A stretch of DNA of 16,144 nucleotides from a virus, in UHGV virus genome UHGV-0251712, one strand, 5' to 3'. This document shows positions 1 through 6,931 of the stretch, piece after piece (the first letter of the stretch is position 1; every line of letters begins with the position of its first letter). The notes beneath the pieces are model-generated. The model was not told the DNA's origin and made no database searches. It saw only the letters and a list, made by a program, of their open reading frames with translations. A program made the translations under genes and the position numbers.

Positions 1-151
1 CAGCCTCTATGAACTTCGCGGCGGTTTCCTGATTCAGCTCCTTCGGGATGATATGCCCACGGCACAGCGTGCTGAAATTGCTCTGCATCCGGTTACGCTC
101 CTTCGTCGTCTTGGTCAGGTAGAGGTAGCAGGTGTGCTTCAGGTACGGACG
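1..151 (-). pseudogene. traG: Internal fragment of a Bacteroidetes conjugative-transposon TraG (VirB4-type conjugation ATPase); no start or stop in window
   Basis: The minus strand reads PYLKHTCYLYLTKTTKERNRMQSNFSTLCRGHIIPKELNQETAAKFIEA and runs off the left edge. I recognise this as the N-terminal region of CTnDOT-family TraG. It is absent from the ORF track because it has no Met or stop. Confidence 0.6.
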
Positions 152-297
152 GACGGCAAAGCCGGACTGATAGAGCGTTACTTCTCGCTCATGCCCGAAG
201 GCGACACGACCTTGCAGGACATTGACCTCTCGGCGAGGGAAATGCGCATCGGCGACAACCGCCTGTGCCTGCACACCCTGTCCGACGCGGAAGACCT
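152..297 (+). pseudogene. traG: Second traG fragment on the opposite strand; encodes the part of TraG lying a few tens of residues downstream of fragment 1
   Basis: DGKAGLIERYFSLMPEGDTTLQDIDLSAREMRIGDNRLCLHTLSDAEDL (inside ORF 53..346) matches my memory of CTnDOT-type TraG. The similarity stops at 297/298, where TraG would continue with ..LPG... The rest of ORF 53..346 is read-through into unrelated DNA. Confidence 0.6.
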
Positions 298-526
298 GAT
301 TAAAAGCGCTCATAACACATCTGTCGGCCAGAAGGCGCGCCTCTGAGTTATCCGACGGACATACCGGGAACAGTGTAATTTCCCGGCAGGAGCGAAAAAT
401 TTGAAAGGCGCATCTTACTCTTTTCGCTTTCAAAAAAAGAGTGGTCTTCGCGTCAACACACATGTCCGTCGGATAACTCAGAGGCGCGCCTTCTGGCCGA
501 CAGATGTGTTATGAGCGCTTTTAATC
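298..526. repeat. Perfect 65-bp inverted repeat (arms 298-362 and 462-526) around a 99-bp spacer
   Basis: Checked base by base: 298-362 (GATTAAAAGCGCTCATAACACATCTGTCGGCCAGAAGGCGCGCCTCTGAGTTATCCGACGGACAT) is the exact reverse complement of 462-526. The match ends on both sides (297 vs 527, 363 vs 461). The spacer has its own small hairpin, CCGGGA(364-369)/TCCCGG(381-386). Confidence 0.95.
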
Positions 527-545
527 TTCATTACGGAGTTTCTGC

Positions 546-684
546 GTGCGTGCCGATAAGTCATTAAGCCCGTTTGAAATCCGGGTATACCGCCATAACC
601 GCATTGTGCATGGTACTCGGGTCGCGCTGGCATTCCTGCTCACTTTTCTCATTATCCGCCTGTTTACTATCCCGGAAAGCACCT
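546..684 (+). pseudogene. yeeA: 5' fragment (GTG start plus about 46 codons) of yeeA (FUSC-family inner membrane protein), inverted relative to its normal orientation next to sbmC
   Basis: [45 protein letters not shown] matches my memory of the E. coli YeeA N-terminus. GGAG lies 8 nt upstream of the GTG. In E. coli yeeA is on the same strand as sbmC; here it is on the opposite strand and stops at 684. Confidence 0.65.
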
Positions 685-1043
685 TCCTGCAAGAGGCTAT
701 TAAAGAACTGATACCAGGGTTTAGCAAAATCATCACCGACTACACGAGCTACCGCCACCGCATACTGACCACCTGAAATTTCTGTCAAAATGACGCCCTC
801 ACTGTTTTCGGGAAGCGTAAAGTAACCCGGCACCGTCACGACGGTGTCGCAGCGTAATTTTTCGGCGGGTGTTTCATCTGGATTGTCGTAATAGACAGCA
901 ACCCACTCCTTCGGCACAATATTTTTGCTATCTACCCACATCATCAACTGCTCAAAGCCTTTCTTTACCGTCTGTTCCCACGGGCCAACGAGATGGAAAC
1001 CTGCAACGGTACGTTTCTCTTCCTGCTTAATCTCGTAGTTCAT
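685..1043 (-). pseudogene. sbmC: sbmC (gyrI, DNA gyrase inhibitor) truncated: codons 1-119 of about 157 present, authentic C-terminus missing
   Basis: [38 protein letters not shown]...[13 protein letters not shown] is SbmC. After codon 119 the ORF (564..1043) reads EGAFRDSKQ..., which is antisense yeeA rather than the SbmC tail (DSAYEML...). Confidence 0.9.
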
Positions 1044-1057
1044 GACGCCTCCATTAA

Positions 1058-1077
1058 TACTGTTTTTATATACAGTA
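1058..1077. promoter_or_regulatory. LexA (SOS) box upstream of sbmC
   Basis: TACTGTTTTTATATACAGTA fits CTG-N10-CAG with TA flanks and lies 15-34 bp upstream of the sbmC ATG. sbmC is a known SOS gene. Confidence 0.85.
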
Positions 1078-1161
1078 TAATTGCAAAATTAAAACCACAA
1101 GGAATGAGTGTTGATTATGCGAGCAGACTCGCACTCCTGCCAGTCTGCTGCAAAAGAAAGG

Positions 1162-2334
1162 TCAGGCCTTATGGTGGAAATAATCACTCAGGCGAGAAAA
1201 CATGCTGCCTTCCCCGACAGATTCCAGGGTAACCAGCGGCCAGTGCGCCACCTGTTTATCACGGTCGTAAAGTTCAATTTCCCCTACCCGCTGATGGGCG
1301 CTAATTGGCGCGGTGAGTTCTTTACCATCAAGGGTATATTTGGCTTTGATATGTGGAATTTCGGCTTTCGGTAGCACCATCCAGAACTCTTGTTCCGTTC
1401 CCAGGGCGATATTTTCTTTATCGCCATACCAGATGCGTTCCGTACCGACCTTTTTCCCACGGTGCAAAATTTGCACCGTAGTAAAGTTTTGTTGCCCCCA
1501 ACGCAGTAATTTTCTTGCCTCTTCCTCACGACCTTTTGCGCTGTCAGCACCCATTACCACTGCAATGAGACGACGCTGCCCATCTACAGCCGAAGCAATG
1601 AGATTAAACCCGGCACCAGAAGTATGACCCGTTTTCAGGCCGTCAACATTCATGGTTTTATCCCACAATAACCCGTTACGGTTTTGCTGGGTGATACCGT
1701 TCCAGGTGAGGCTTTTCTCACTGTACATATGATAAAACTCGGGCTCGCCGTGGATGATAGCACGAGAAAGCACAGCTAAATCATAAGCCGAGCTATGCTG
1801 GCCAGGTGCATCCAGACCATACACTGTTTCAAAATGCGTATCCTTGAGATGCAGCTTCTCGGCATAGTTGTTCATCATTTCAACAAACTGCCGTTGCCCA
1901 CCGGCAATATAGTCAGCCAGAGCAACACAAGCGTCATTTCCGGAATCCACAATTAAACCACGGCTTAAATCACGTACCGATACGCGATCGCCCTCTTTCA
2001 AAAACATCAGTGAAGAACCGACAAACACCGGATTATCTTTCGCCCACGCATCGCGCCCCACGGTGACAATATCGTCTGGCGTAATGCGATGACTATCGAT
2101 AGCGCGATCCACGACATAACCCGTCATCAGCTTTGTCAGGCTGGCGGGATTGCGCTGTTGATGCTCATTACCCGCGGTGAGGATCTGTCCGGTGGTGTAA
2201 TCCATCAGTACCCAGGACCCGGCATGAATCTCTGGAGGCTGAGGTGAAAAATGAATGTTTTCCGCCGCAAAACCAGACGATAAGTTAAAAACGAACAAAG
2301 AAGCAGCAATAATAAGACGGCGTTTCAACAGCAA
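1162..2334 (-). CDS. dacD: D-alanyl-D-alanine carboxypeptidase DacD (PBP6b)
   Basis: 390-aa ORF with a signal peptide (MLLKRRLIIAASLFVFNLSSGFA) and the SLTK (SxxK), SGN and KTG motifs. Recognised as E. coli DacD. sbmC-dacD-sbcB synteny and spacing fit the K-12 arrangement. Confidence 0.95.
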   Translation of the reverse strand: MLLKRRLIIAASLFVFNLSSGFAAENIHFSPQPPEIHAGSWVLMDYTTGQILTAGNEHQQRNPASLTKLMTGYVVDRAIDSHRITPDDIVTVGRDAWAKDNPVFVGSSLMFLKEGDRVSVRDLSRGLIVDSGNDACVALADYIAGGQRQFVEMMNNYAEKLHLKDTHFETVYGLDAPGQHSSAYDLAVLSRAIIHGEPEFYHMYSEKSLTWNGITQQNRNGLLWDKTMNVDGLKTGHTSGAGFNLIASAVDGQRRLIAVVMGADSAKGREEEARKLLRWGQQNFTTVQILHRGKKVGTERIWYGDKENIALGTEQEFWMVLPKAEIPHIKAKYTLDGKELTAPISAHQRVGEIELYDRDKQVAHWPLVTLESVGEGSMFSRLSDYFHHKA

Positions 2335-2536
2335 ACCCTCAGGAGTTTCAAATAGCTGTTCTTTTTACGGAAATACTTATGAACTGGCTGGAATAAAGTG
2401 CAAGAAAATGTGACTACCCTCGCATTTTTATCTGACATGATCTGTTGCCACTCGCTGTCAAATTGTTGCGCTAAAGCTGATTAGCACGGTGATATTTGAT
2501 ACTCTGGCAGACAGCAGAAATAACGGATTTAACCTA

Positions 2537-2599
2537 ATGATGAATGACGGTAAGCAACAATCTACCTTTTTGTTTCACGATTACGCGCAACACCCCTGA
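2537..2599 (+). pseudogene. sbcB: sbcB (exonuclease I) 5' stub: 16 authentic codons, then phage DNA and a stop
   Basis: MMNDGKQQSTFLFHDY is the SbcB N-terminus. After 2585 the sequence reads AQHP-stop instead of ETFGTHP.... The breakpoint is at 2585/2586. Confidence 0.85.
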
Positions 2600-2901
2600 G
2601 AACCGCCATGAACAAGGGTTTCATGATTTGTGATTTTAGTTTGGTACGCAATTTGGTACACAACACAATTTTCACTTCAGCGGGTAGTCATCAAACTCAC
2701 CATAACGAGCATCGTTAATGATGTATGTGATCACCACAAACATCACATCTGGACTAGTTCCGCTTTCATGCGCAGGTATTTGTTCACGCCTCCCTTTCTG
2801 CAAATCATAAAGATGAGATTTTGGGGTTTTGGGATATCTTTTATCCGCAGTTCTCTATCCATTATGCAAACCAGTAATGAACCATCACCGTGTGATAGTG
2901 A

Positions 2902-2973
2902 GGCATCTGCCACGATAAGCGCAGAGAAATGATGCAGTGGTGGGCGGACTGGATTGATGAGAAGGTGGAGTGA
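2902..2973 (+). pseudogene. Possible 3'-terminal remnant (about 23 codons) of a second, different P4-family integrase gene
   Basis: GICHDKRREMMQWWADWIDEKVE-stop resembles the conserved C-terminal ..ERR.MMQ.WADYLD.. tail of P4/CP4-57-type integrases. An in-frame stop lies immediately upstream (2899-2901), and I could find no further int similarity upstream. Confidence 0.35.
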
Positions 2974-3205
2974 ACCACCTTAACCACTATCGAAGAGCAC
3001 AAAGCCTTGCAATCCAGTACAAAACTTTGTTTGTCTCATCAACTACCGCAAGTATCGATCGATGGAGCCTTGGATGATAGAATAAATTCGTAGCACTTTT
3101 TTTTAAAGTATCATCTCGCTCATGGTTACGTGATAGAAAAAGGACAAAATAATCTTAAATTTAAAAGCATATAAATCATACAAATAAAATTGTGGTGGGT
3201 GCGTA

Positions 3206-4204
3206 ATGTCTGATATTCGACAAAATAGAATAGAGTTAAATGAAGTGCATATAGCTCGCTCCATGGCTATATTTCTAGTTGTTTTACTTCATTCTTCAGG
3301 TGCTTTTTTTATGCAGTTTGGAGATCATTGGTGGATTGTTAATTTATACAGTTCTTTTTCAAGGCAGTGTATAGGTCTTTTTTTTCTTATCACTGGATAC
3401 CTATTTTATGAAAAAAACATAAACCCAACAGCACACCTAAAAAAAGGAGTGTCGAGATTGATAATACCATTCATATTTTGGTGGGTGGTATATTATATCT
3501 ACAATACAGAGATTAACAACAAATCATATAATTCTATATTTCAACCAAGTGAGGTACACCTTTGGTTTATGTATGCATATATTTGTATATATATGTTTTT
3601 ACCAATAATTTGCAACTCATTAAAACACATACCAACATATTACATTTTAATTATTGTAAGCATGCTTTTTTACTCAAATTCCATTGTCCCTGTAGTTGAT
3701 AAAACGATAATGAAGGTAACATGGTTTGATGTAAAACTAGTGTCTGAAAATGGGATATATATTCTTATTGGGGCAATAATAAGGAGATATAACGATAAAA
3801 TAAAAAAATGCAATGCAGTGATACCATTGGTGATTATTGTTATGTCGTGCCTGTTAACATCAATGGCATCTAGTTGGTGGTCTGAAATAACAGGCAGGCC
3901 TGAGCAGTTTTTCTTTAAAAATACATCTCCACTTGTATTAATATGTGTTATTTCTTCATTTACATTATGCATGTCATACTCAAAAATAATTAGCAAAAGA
4001 TTAATGAATTTATTTACATCAATATCAAATGTTTCATTTGGTATATACTTCGTCCATTTCTTTTTTGTTAGAGAAATTAGACTCGGGTATAATCAAGAAA
4101 ACGCATATTTCATGATACCATTGCTAACAATCATTTATTTTTTAATGTCATATTGCATATCAATAATTCTAAGCAAGATCCCTTTGCTTAGAAAAGTAAT
4201 ATAA
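3206..4204 (+). CDS. Integral-membrane acyltransferase (acyltransferase_3 family, Oac-like O-antigen O-acetyltransferase candidate)
   Basis: 332 aa and polytopic, with many hydrophobic segments. The N-terminal region RIELNEVHIARSMAIFLVVLLHSSG is typical of the family that includes phage Sf6 Oac. It is very AT-rich and sits between att and the tailspike, the usual slot for O-antigen modification genes in P22-like phages. Confidence 0.8.
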   Translation: MSDIRQNRIELNEVHIARSMAIFLVVLLHSSGAFFMQFGDHWWIVNLYSSFSRQCIGLFFLITGYLFYEKNINPTAHLKKGVSRLIIPFIFWWVVYYIYNTEINNKSYNSIFQPSEVHLWFMYAYICIYMFLPIICNSLKHIPTYYILIIVSMLFYSNSIVPVVDKTIMKVTWFDVKLVSENGIYILIGAIIRRYNDKIKKCNAVIPLVIIVMSCLLTSMASSWWSEITGRPEQFFFKNTSPLVLICVISSFTLCMSYSKIISKRLMNLFTSISNVSFGIYFVHFFFVREIRLGYNQENAYFMIPLLTIIYFLMSYCISIILSKIPLLRKVI

Positions 4205-6451
4205 TTATGGATTGTTAACCTTCCATCTTTTATCATAGTAATGCAAATATCCCTGAGACGTTAGTGTCATATGGACAATCGCTTGGGATATTTGCGCGTT
4301 CTGAAAATTAACTCTAATAAATACTTGAGTGCCAATTGTTATTTTTGATACAGATATCCCGTCAAGAGTCTTGTCTCCTTGTATTTTATTAACCCAAACA
4401 CCTGACGAAGACAAGGTTGCCTGATCCTTTCCGCTTATACTAAATATAATTTTACCTCCTGTTGCCAGTGAGGTGTTTACTCCATTTTGAGATATTGGAA
4501 TTATTGTAATTTCACCAGCAATGAAAACACCATTTTTGTATTTAGATACCTCACCTTGTTCACAAATTAAAATATCAATACATCTACCCCATGGTACTAG
4601 GATTGTTGCATTTTCAGTTTTTACTTGTGGATATACAGCTGAAACACCTGCAGATTCGAAATTTTTTGCTGATAAAACAACTCCGTCAGATCCATTTCTA
4701 AATCCCATTCCTGTATGATCACCGTATGTCCTTCCATGAGAGATGAATCCTCTTACATACTCTTCGGATACTGCGCTACCAGTGGTTTCCTTCTGAAAGA
4801 TAAATGTTTCACCAAAAGAAAAACCACGACATTGGTATTGGCTCTGATAATTTTCTGAGTTCTTAAAAAAGGAAATGCCTTTATATGCTGTTACATAGCC
4901 AGATCTAAATTGAACGGAAACAGGGGTTGTTTGTTCATCTGGAGGTAACTCCACAAAATGTGTAACATTTTGGCTGTTTGATTCCTGTAACCATACAGAA
5001 ACACCATCTATAATCATGGTTGAAAATCTACTGTTTATTTCTAACTCAGAAAAATCAAGAACATGATCACCTGTAACACCCTCAACTCCAAACCCATCAA
5101 TACTTAAAGACCTGAACTGATAGAATTTATGCGGTAACTCACAACCATCAGCTGCAATATTCATTGCGCTAGTGTACATTAATGGGTAAGGACTTATAAT
5201 TGGTTCATATGTTTCTCTATCTATTGCAGCCCCCCAAAGATACCCAACATTACAATGTCTTGCCCAGTTGGAAGAGAATGTAGTAGATGTGCCAGCCAAA
5301 CCGAAACCATAGATACAATCATATGCTTGGTTGTTTGTAACATTACTGACAAAGCATGATAAGGGAAGTGCAAATTTATAATGTAGAAATATGTTATTTT
5401 TAATATCATATTCACTACCCCCGCCAAAGGTTTGTGTTTGACCAGAAATGGCCAATGGGCTACCTGAATATTCATCGTCAGCGTTGCGAAAACACATATT
5501 CTTTACTTTAAGATTGTGCCCCCAACTTCCCATAACAAAACCACCACTTCCTGATGTATAAACAATACTTTTTTGTGGATTAATCCCATATAGATTTAGA
5601 CTAATCCCTTCCCATCTAAACTGGCTAATGTCAATTTGAGTGTTACCAATATATATAGGCTGGTCTATGAAAACAGGAAGTTTAGTTAGATAAGCTTTAT
5701 TAAGTGCTAATCCATCATTTGTTACACCTGTTAAATCAACGCCCCCCATGCTTGGCGCTCTAGGATACCCTGTGGCCTGAATAGTACTCCAGTCAATATA
5801 TGGAGCATCCATCCACGCTCCAAACATACGTGGTGTTACGTACCCCTTACCTTGAAGATCACGTTTCCAGCGTTTACCACCCACAGTGACAATGACCATG
5901 CCGTTATCATCTGCAGAAGTAGAATCTGTGAAATCGGCCACAAACAGACCACCACCAGTATCACCTGATACTGTCGGCTTCATGCCTGTAGTGTGGAAGT
6001 CGACGAAAATCTTTTGCTGATCTCGCTCAGGCTCAATTGTCCTTAACATTGCTATATCAGGGCATGTCCCGATGTATTTAAGACCGTCTTCCCCTGATAG
6101 AGATACTTTAAGCTGATCAGGATCATATTTAAGAACATTCGGAAAATAGAACTGCTGTGCACCATATGCATCATAAACAGCCATAGAATGGCCTTGCACA
6201 GTTACGAACTTGGCAATCTGTCCGTTATATACCGGATATCCAGCAGCGTTAATGATGATTGGTTGCGAAACAGGAACGCGAGAACCGTCTTCATTCTCCA
6301 CATAAACCTGAATCTGGTTTTCAGGATTTACCGGGTCAGTGTCAATTTTACCGATATAAATTTTGCCATTGGCTACGGCTTTAAAAGAACGAGCCATAGT
6401 GAAGAGTTGCGAAGGCATGCTTACCACAACATTTGCGGTGATATCTGACAT
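4205..6451 (-). CDS. P22-family tailspike: conserved N-terminal head-binding domain (6113-6451) plus a divergent AT-rich receptor-binding domain (4205-6112)
   Basis: [56 protein letters not shown]...NVLKYDPDQ is nearly the Sf6/HK620/P22 gp9 N-terminal domain. The true start is the ATG at 6451 (GGAG 8 nt upstream), not 6499. The C-terminal roughly 635 aa resemble no tailspike I can recall. Confidence 0.9.
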   Translation of the reverse strand: MSDITANVVVSMPSQLFTMARSFKAVANGKIYIGKIDTDPVNPENQIQVYVENEDGSRVPVSQPIIINAAGYPVYNGQIAKFVTVQGHSMAVYDAYGAQQFYFPNVLKYDPDQLKVSLSGEDGLKYIGTCPDIAMLRTIEPERDQQKIFVDFHTTGMKPTVSGDTGGGLFVADFTDSTSADDNGMVIVTVGGKRWKRDLQGKGYVTPRMFGAWMDAPYIDWSTIQATGYPRAPSMGGVDLTGVTNDGLALNKAYLTKLPVFIDQPIYIGNTQIDISQFRWEGISLNLYGINPQKSIVYTSGSGGFVMGSWGHNLKVKNMCFRNADDEYSGSPLAISGQTQTFGGGSEYDIKNNIFLHYKFALPLSCFVSNVTNNQAYDCIYGFGLAGTSTTFSSNWARHCNVGYLWGAAIDRETYEPIISPYPLMYTSAMNIAADGCELPHKFYQFRSLSIDGFGVEGVTGDHVLDFSELEINSRFSTMIIDGVSVWLQESNSQNVTHFVELPPDEQTTPVSVQFRSGYVTAYKGISFFKNSENYQSQYQCRGFSFGETFIFQKETTGSAVSEEYVRGFISHGRTYGDHTGMGFRNGSDGVVLSAKNFESAGVSAVYPQVKTENATILVPWGRCIDILICEQGEVSKYKNGVFIAGEITIIPISQNGVNTSLATGGKIIFSISGKDQATLSSSGVWVNKIQGDKTLDGISVSKITIGTQVFIRVNFQNAQISQAIVHMTLTSQGYLHYYDKRWKVNNP

Positions 6452-6572
6452 TTCATTGCTCCAGACGAATGATATGATGCAACCATGATGTGATTGCATA
6501 CCGAAATGGTACTATTGAGTATTTATCCAGTAGGTTACGATGCCATTCCACCCAACTGGTGAGGCATCAAGG

Positions 6573-6833
6573 ATGTACAGCAAATACGACGAGGCGCAGT
6601 TTCACTTGAGACTTCCGCATGAACTCCACGCGAAAATTAAGCAGCGTGCGAAGATGAATAACAGGTCGCTGAACTCAGAGATAATTGCAGCGATTGAAGA
6701 ATCATTGGCTAAACAAAGCTCTGCATCTGTTTACATTGACGATGCAGAGCGTATGGCAGAACAACAATCTGATATGGTTAAGAAAATTGTCTTTGATACG
6801 CTCAAGGAGCTATATAAAAAAGACAGCAGCTAA
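6573..6833 (+). CDS. mnt: Mnt-like (Arc/MetJ ribbon-helix-helix) repressor
   Basis: MYSKYDEAQFHLRLPHELHAKIKQRAKMNNRSLNSEIIAAIEESLAK...DDAERMAEQQSDMVKKIVFDTLKELYKK aligns along its length with P22 Mnt (..NDAERLADEQSELVKKMVFDTLKDLYKKTT). The start is the ATG at 6573 with GAGG upstream, not 6540. Confidence 0.85.
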   Translation: MYSKYDEAQFHLRLPHELHAKIKQRAKMNNRSLNSEIIAAIEESLAKQSSASVYIDDAERMAEQQSDMVKKIVFDTLKELYKKDSS

Positions 6834-6853
6834 CCATCAGTTACGGAGGATTT

Positions 6854-6931
6854 ATGCAAAGAGATATGCTGAACATTGCGTTCTACATATTTGGTTTTTG
6901 CACGTTCCTGGTGTTTGCGAAGCTATTCTGA
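6854..6931 (+). CDS. Small hydrophobic peptide (25 aa) downstream of mnt
   Basis: MQRDMLNIAFYIFGFCTFLVFAKLF has a strong SD (GGAGGA, about 4 nt before the ATG) and one predicted TM helix. Its 3' end overlaps the stop of the convergent gp16-like gene. It is below the ORF-track size cutoff. Confidence 0.35.
   Translation: MQRDMLNIAFYIFGFCTFLVFAKLF

Noticed and set aside
53-346. 97-aa plus-strand ORF as a real gene
   Set aside because: It is a composite. Its N-terminal part is antisense to traG fragment 1, its middle is traG fragment 2, and its tail reads into the 65-bp inverted-repeat arm. It is not a coherent protein.
298-526. Engineered transposon or cloning scar (AscI site GGCGCGCC, AGATGTGT resembling the Tn5 mosaic end), or a MITE
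   Set aside because: The string does not match the 19-bp Tn5 mosaic end (CTGTCTCTTATACACATCT) beyond a few bases. I recognise no marker or vector sequence in the 99-bp spacer, and there is no target-site duplication. I kept it only as an unexplained inverted repeat.
564-1043. 159-aa ORF taken as intact sbmC
   Set aside because: Only residues 1-119 are SbmC. The last 40 residues are antisense yeeA and intergenic read-through, so I called it a truncated pseudogene (685..1043).
1108-1627. Several 80-105-aa ORFs overlapping dacD on either strand (1108..1374, 1284..1550, 1313..1627). The same applies to antisense or off-frame ORFs inside the tailspike, gp16, gp20, Ea22, DUF550, NYN and int genes.
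   Set aside because: They are shadow ORFs of strongly supported genes, with no independent signals.
2618-2631. Shared 8-mer CATGATTT/AAATCATG between the sbcB-side prophage junction and the 36-bp integrase repeat, considered as an att core
   Set aside because: Eight near-palindromic bases are too short to be meaningful, and the flanks do not match.
2630-2932. 100-aa plus-strand ORF in the att-proximal region, plus two short minus-strand ORFs (MDRELRIKDIPKPQNL.. about 2745-2867; MFVVITYIINDARYGEFDDYPLK about 2676-2747)
   Set aside because: There is no SD, the composition is odd (Trp/Phe/Ile-rich), and no family resemblance is apparent. The HDL-like string at 2621-2632 is followed by two stop codons within three codons. 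This is likely non-coding att-arm DNA.
6452-6499. Upstream in-frame starts: 6499 for the tailspike ORF and 6540 for the mnt ORF
   Set aside because: Homology to P22-family tailspike and Mnt N-termini, together with SD placement, supports 6451 and 6573 respectively.
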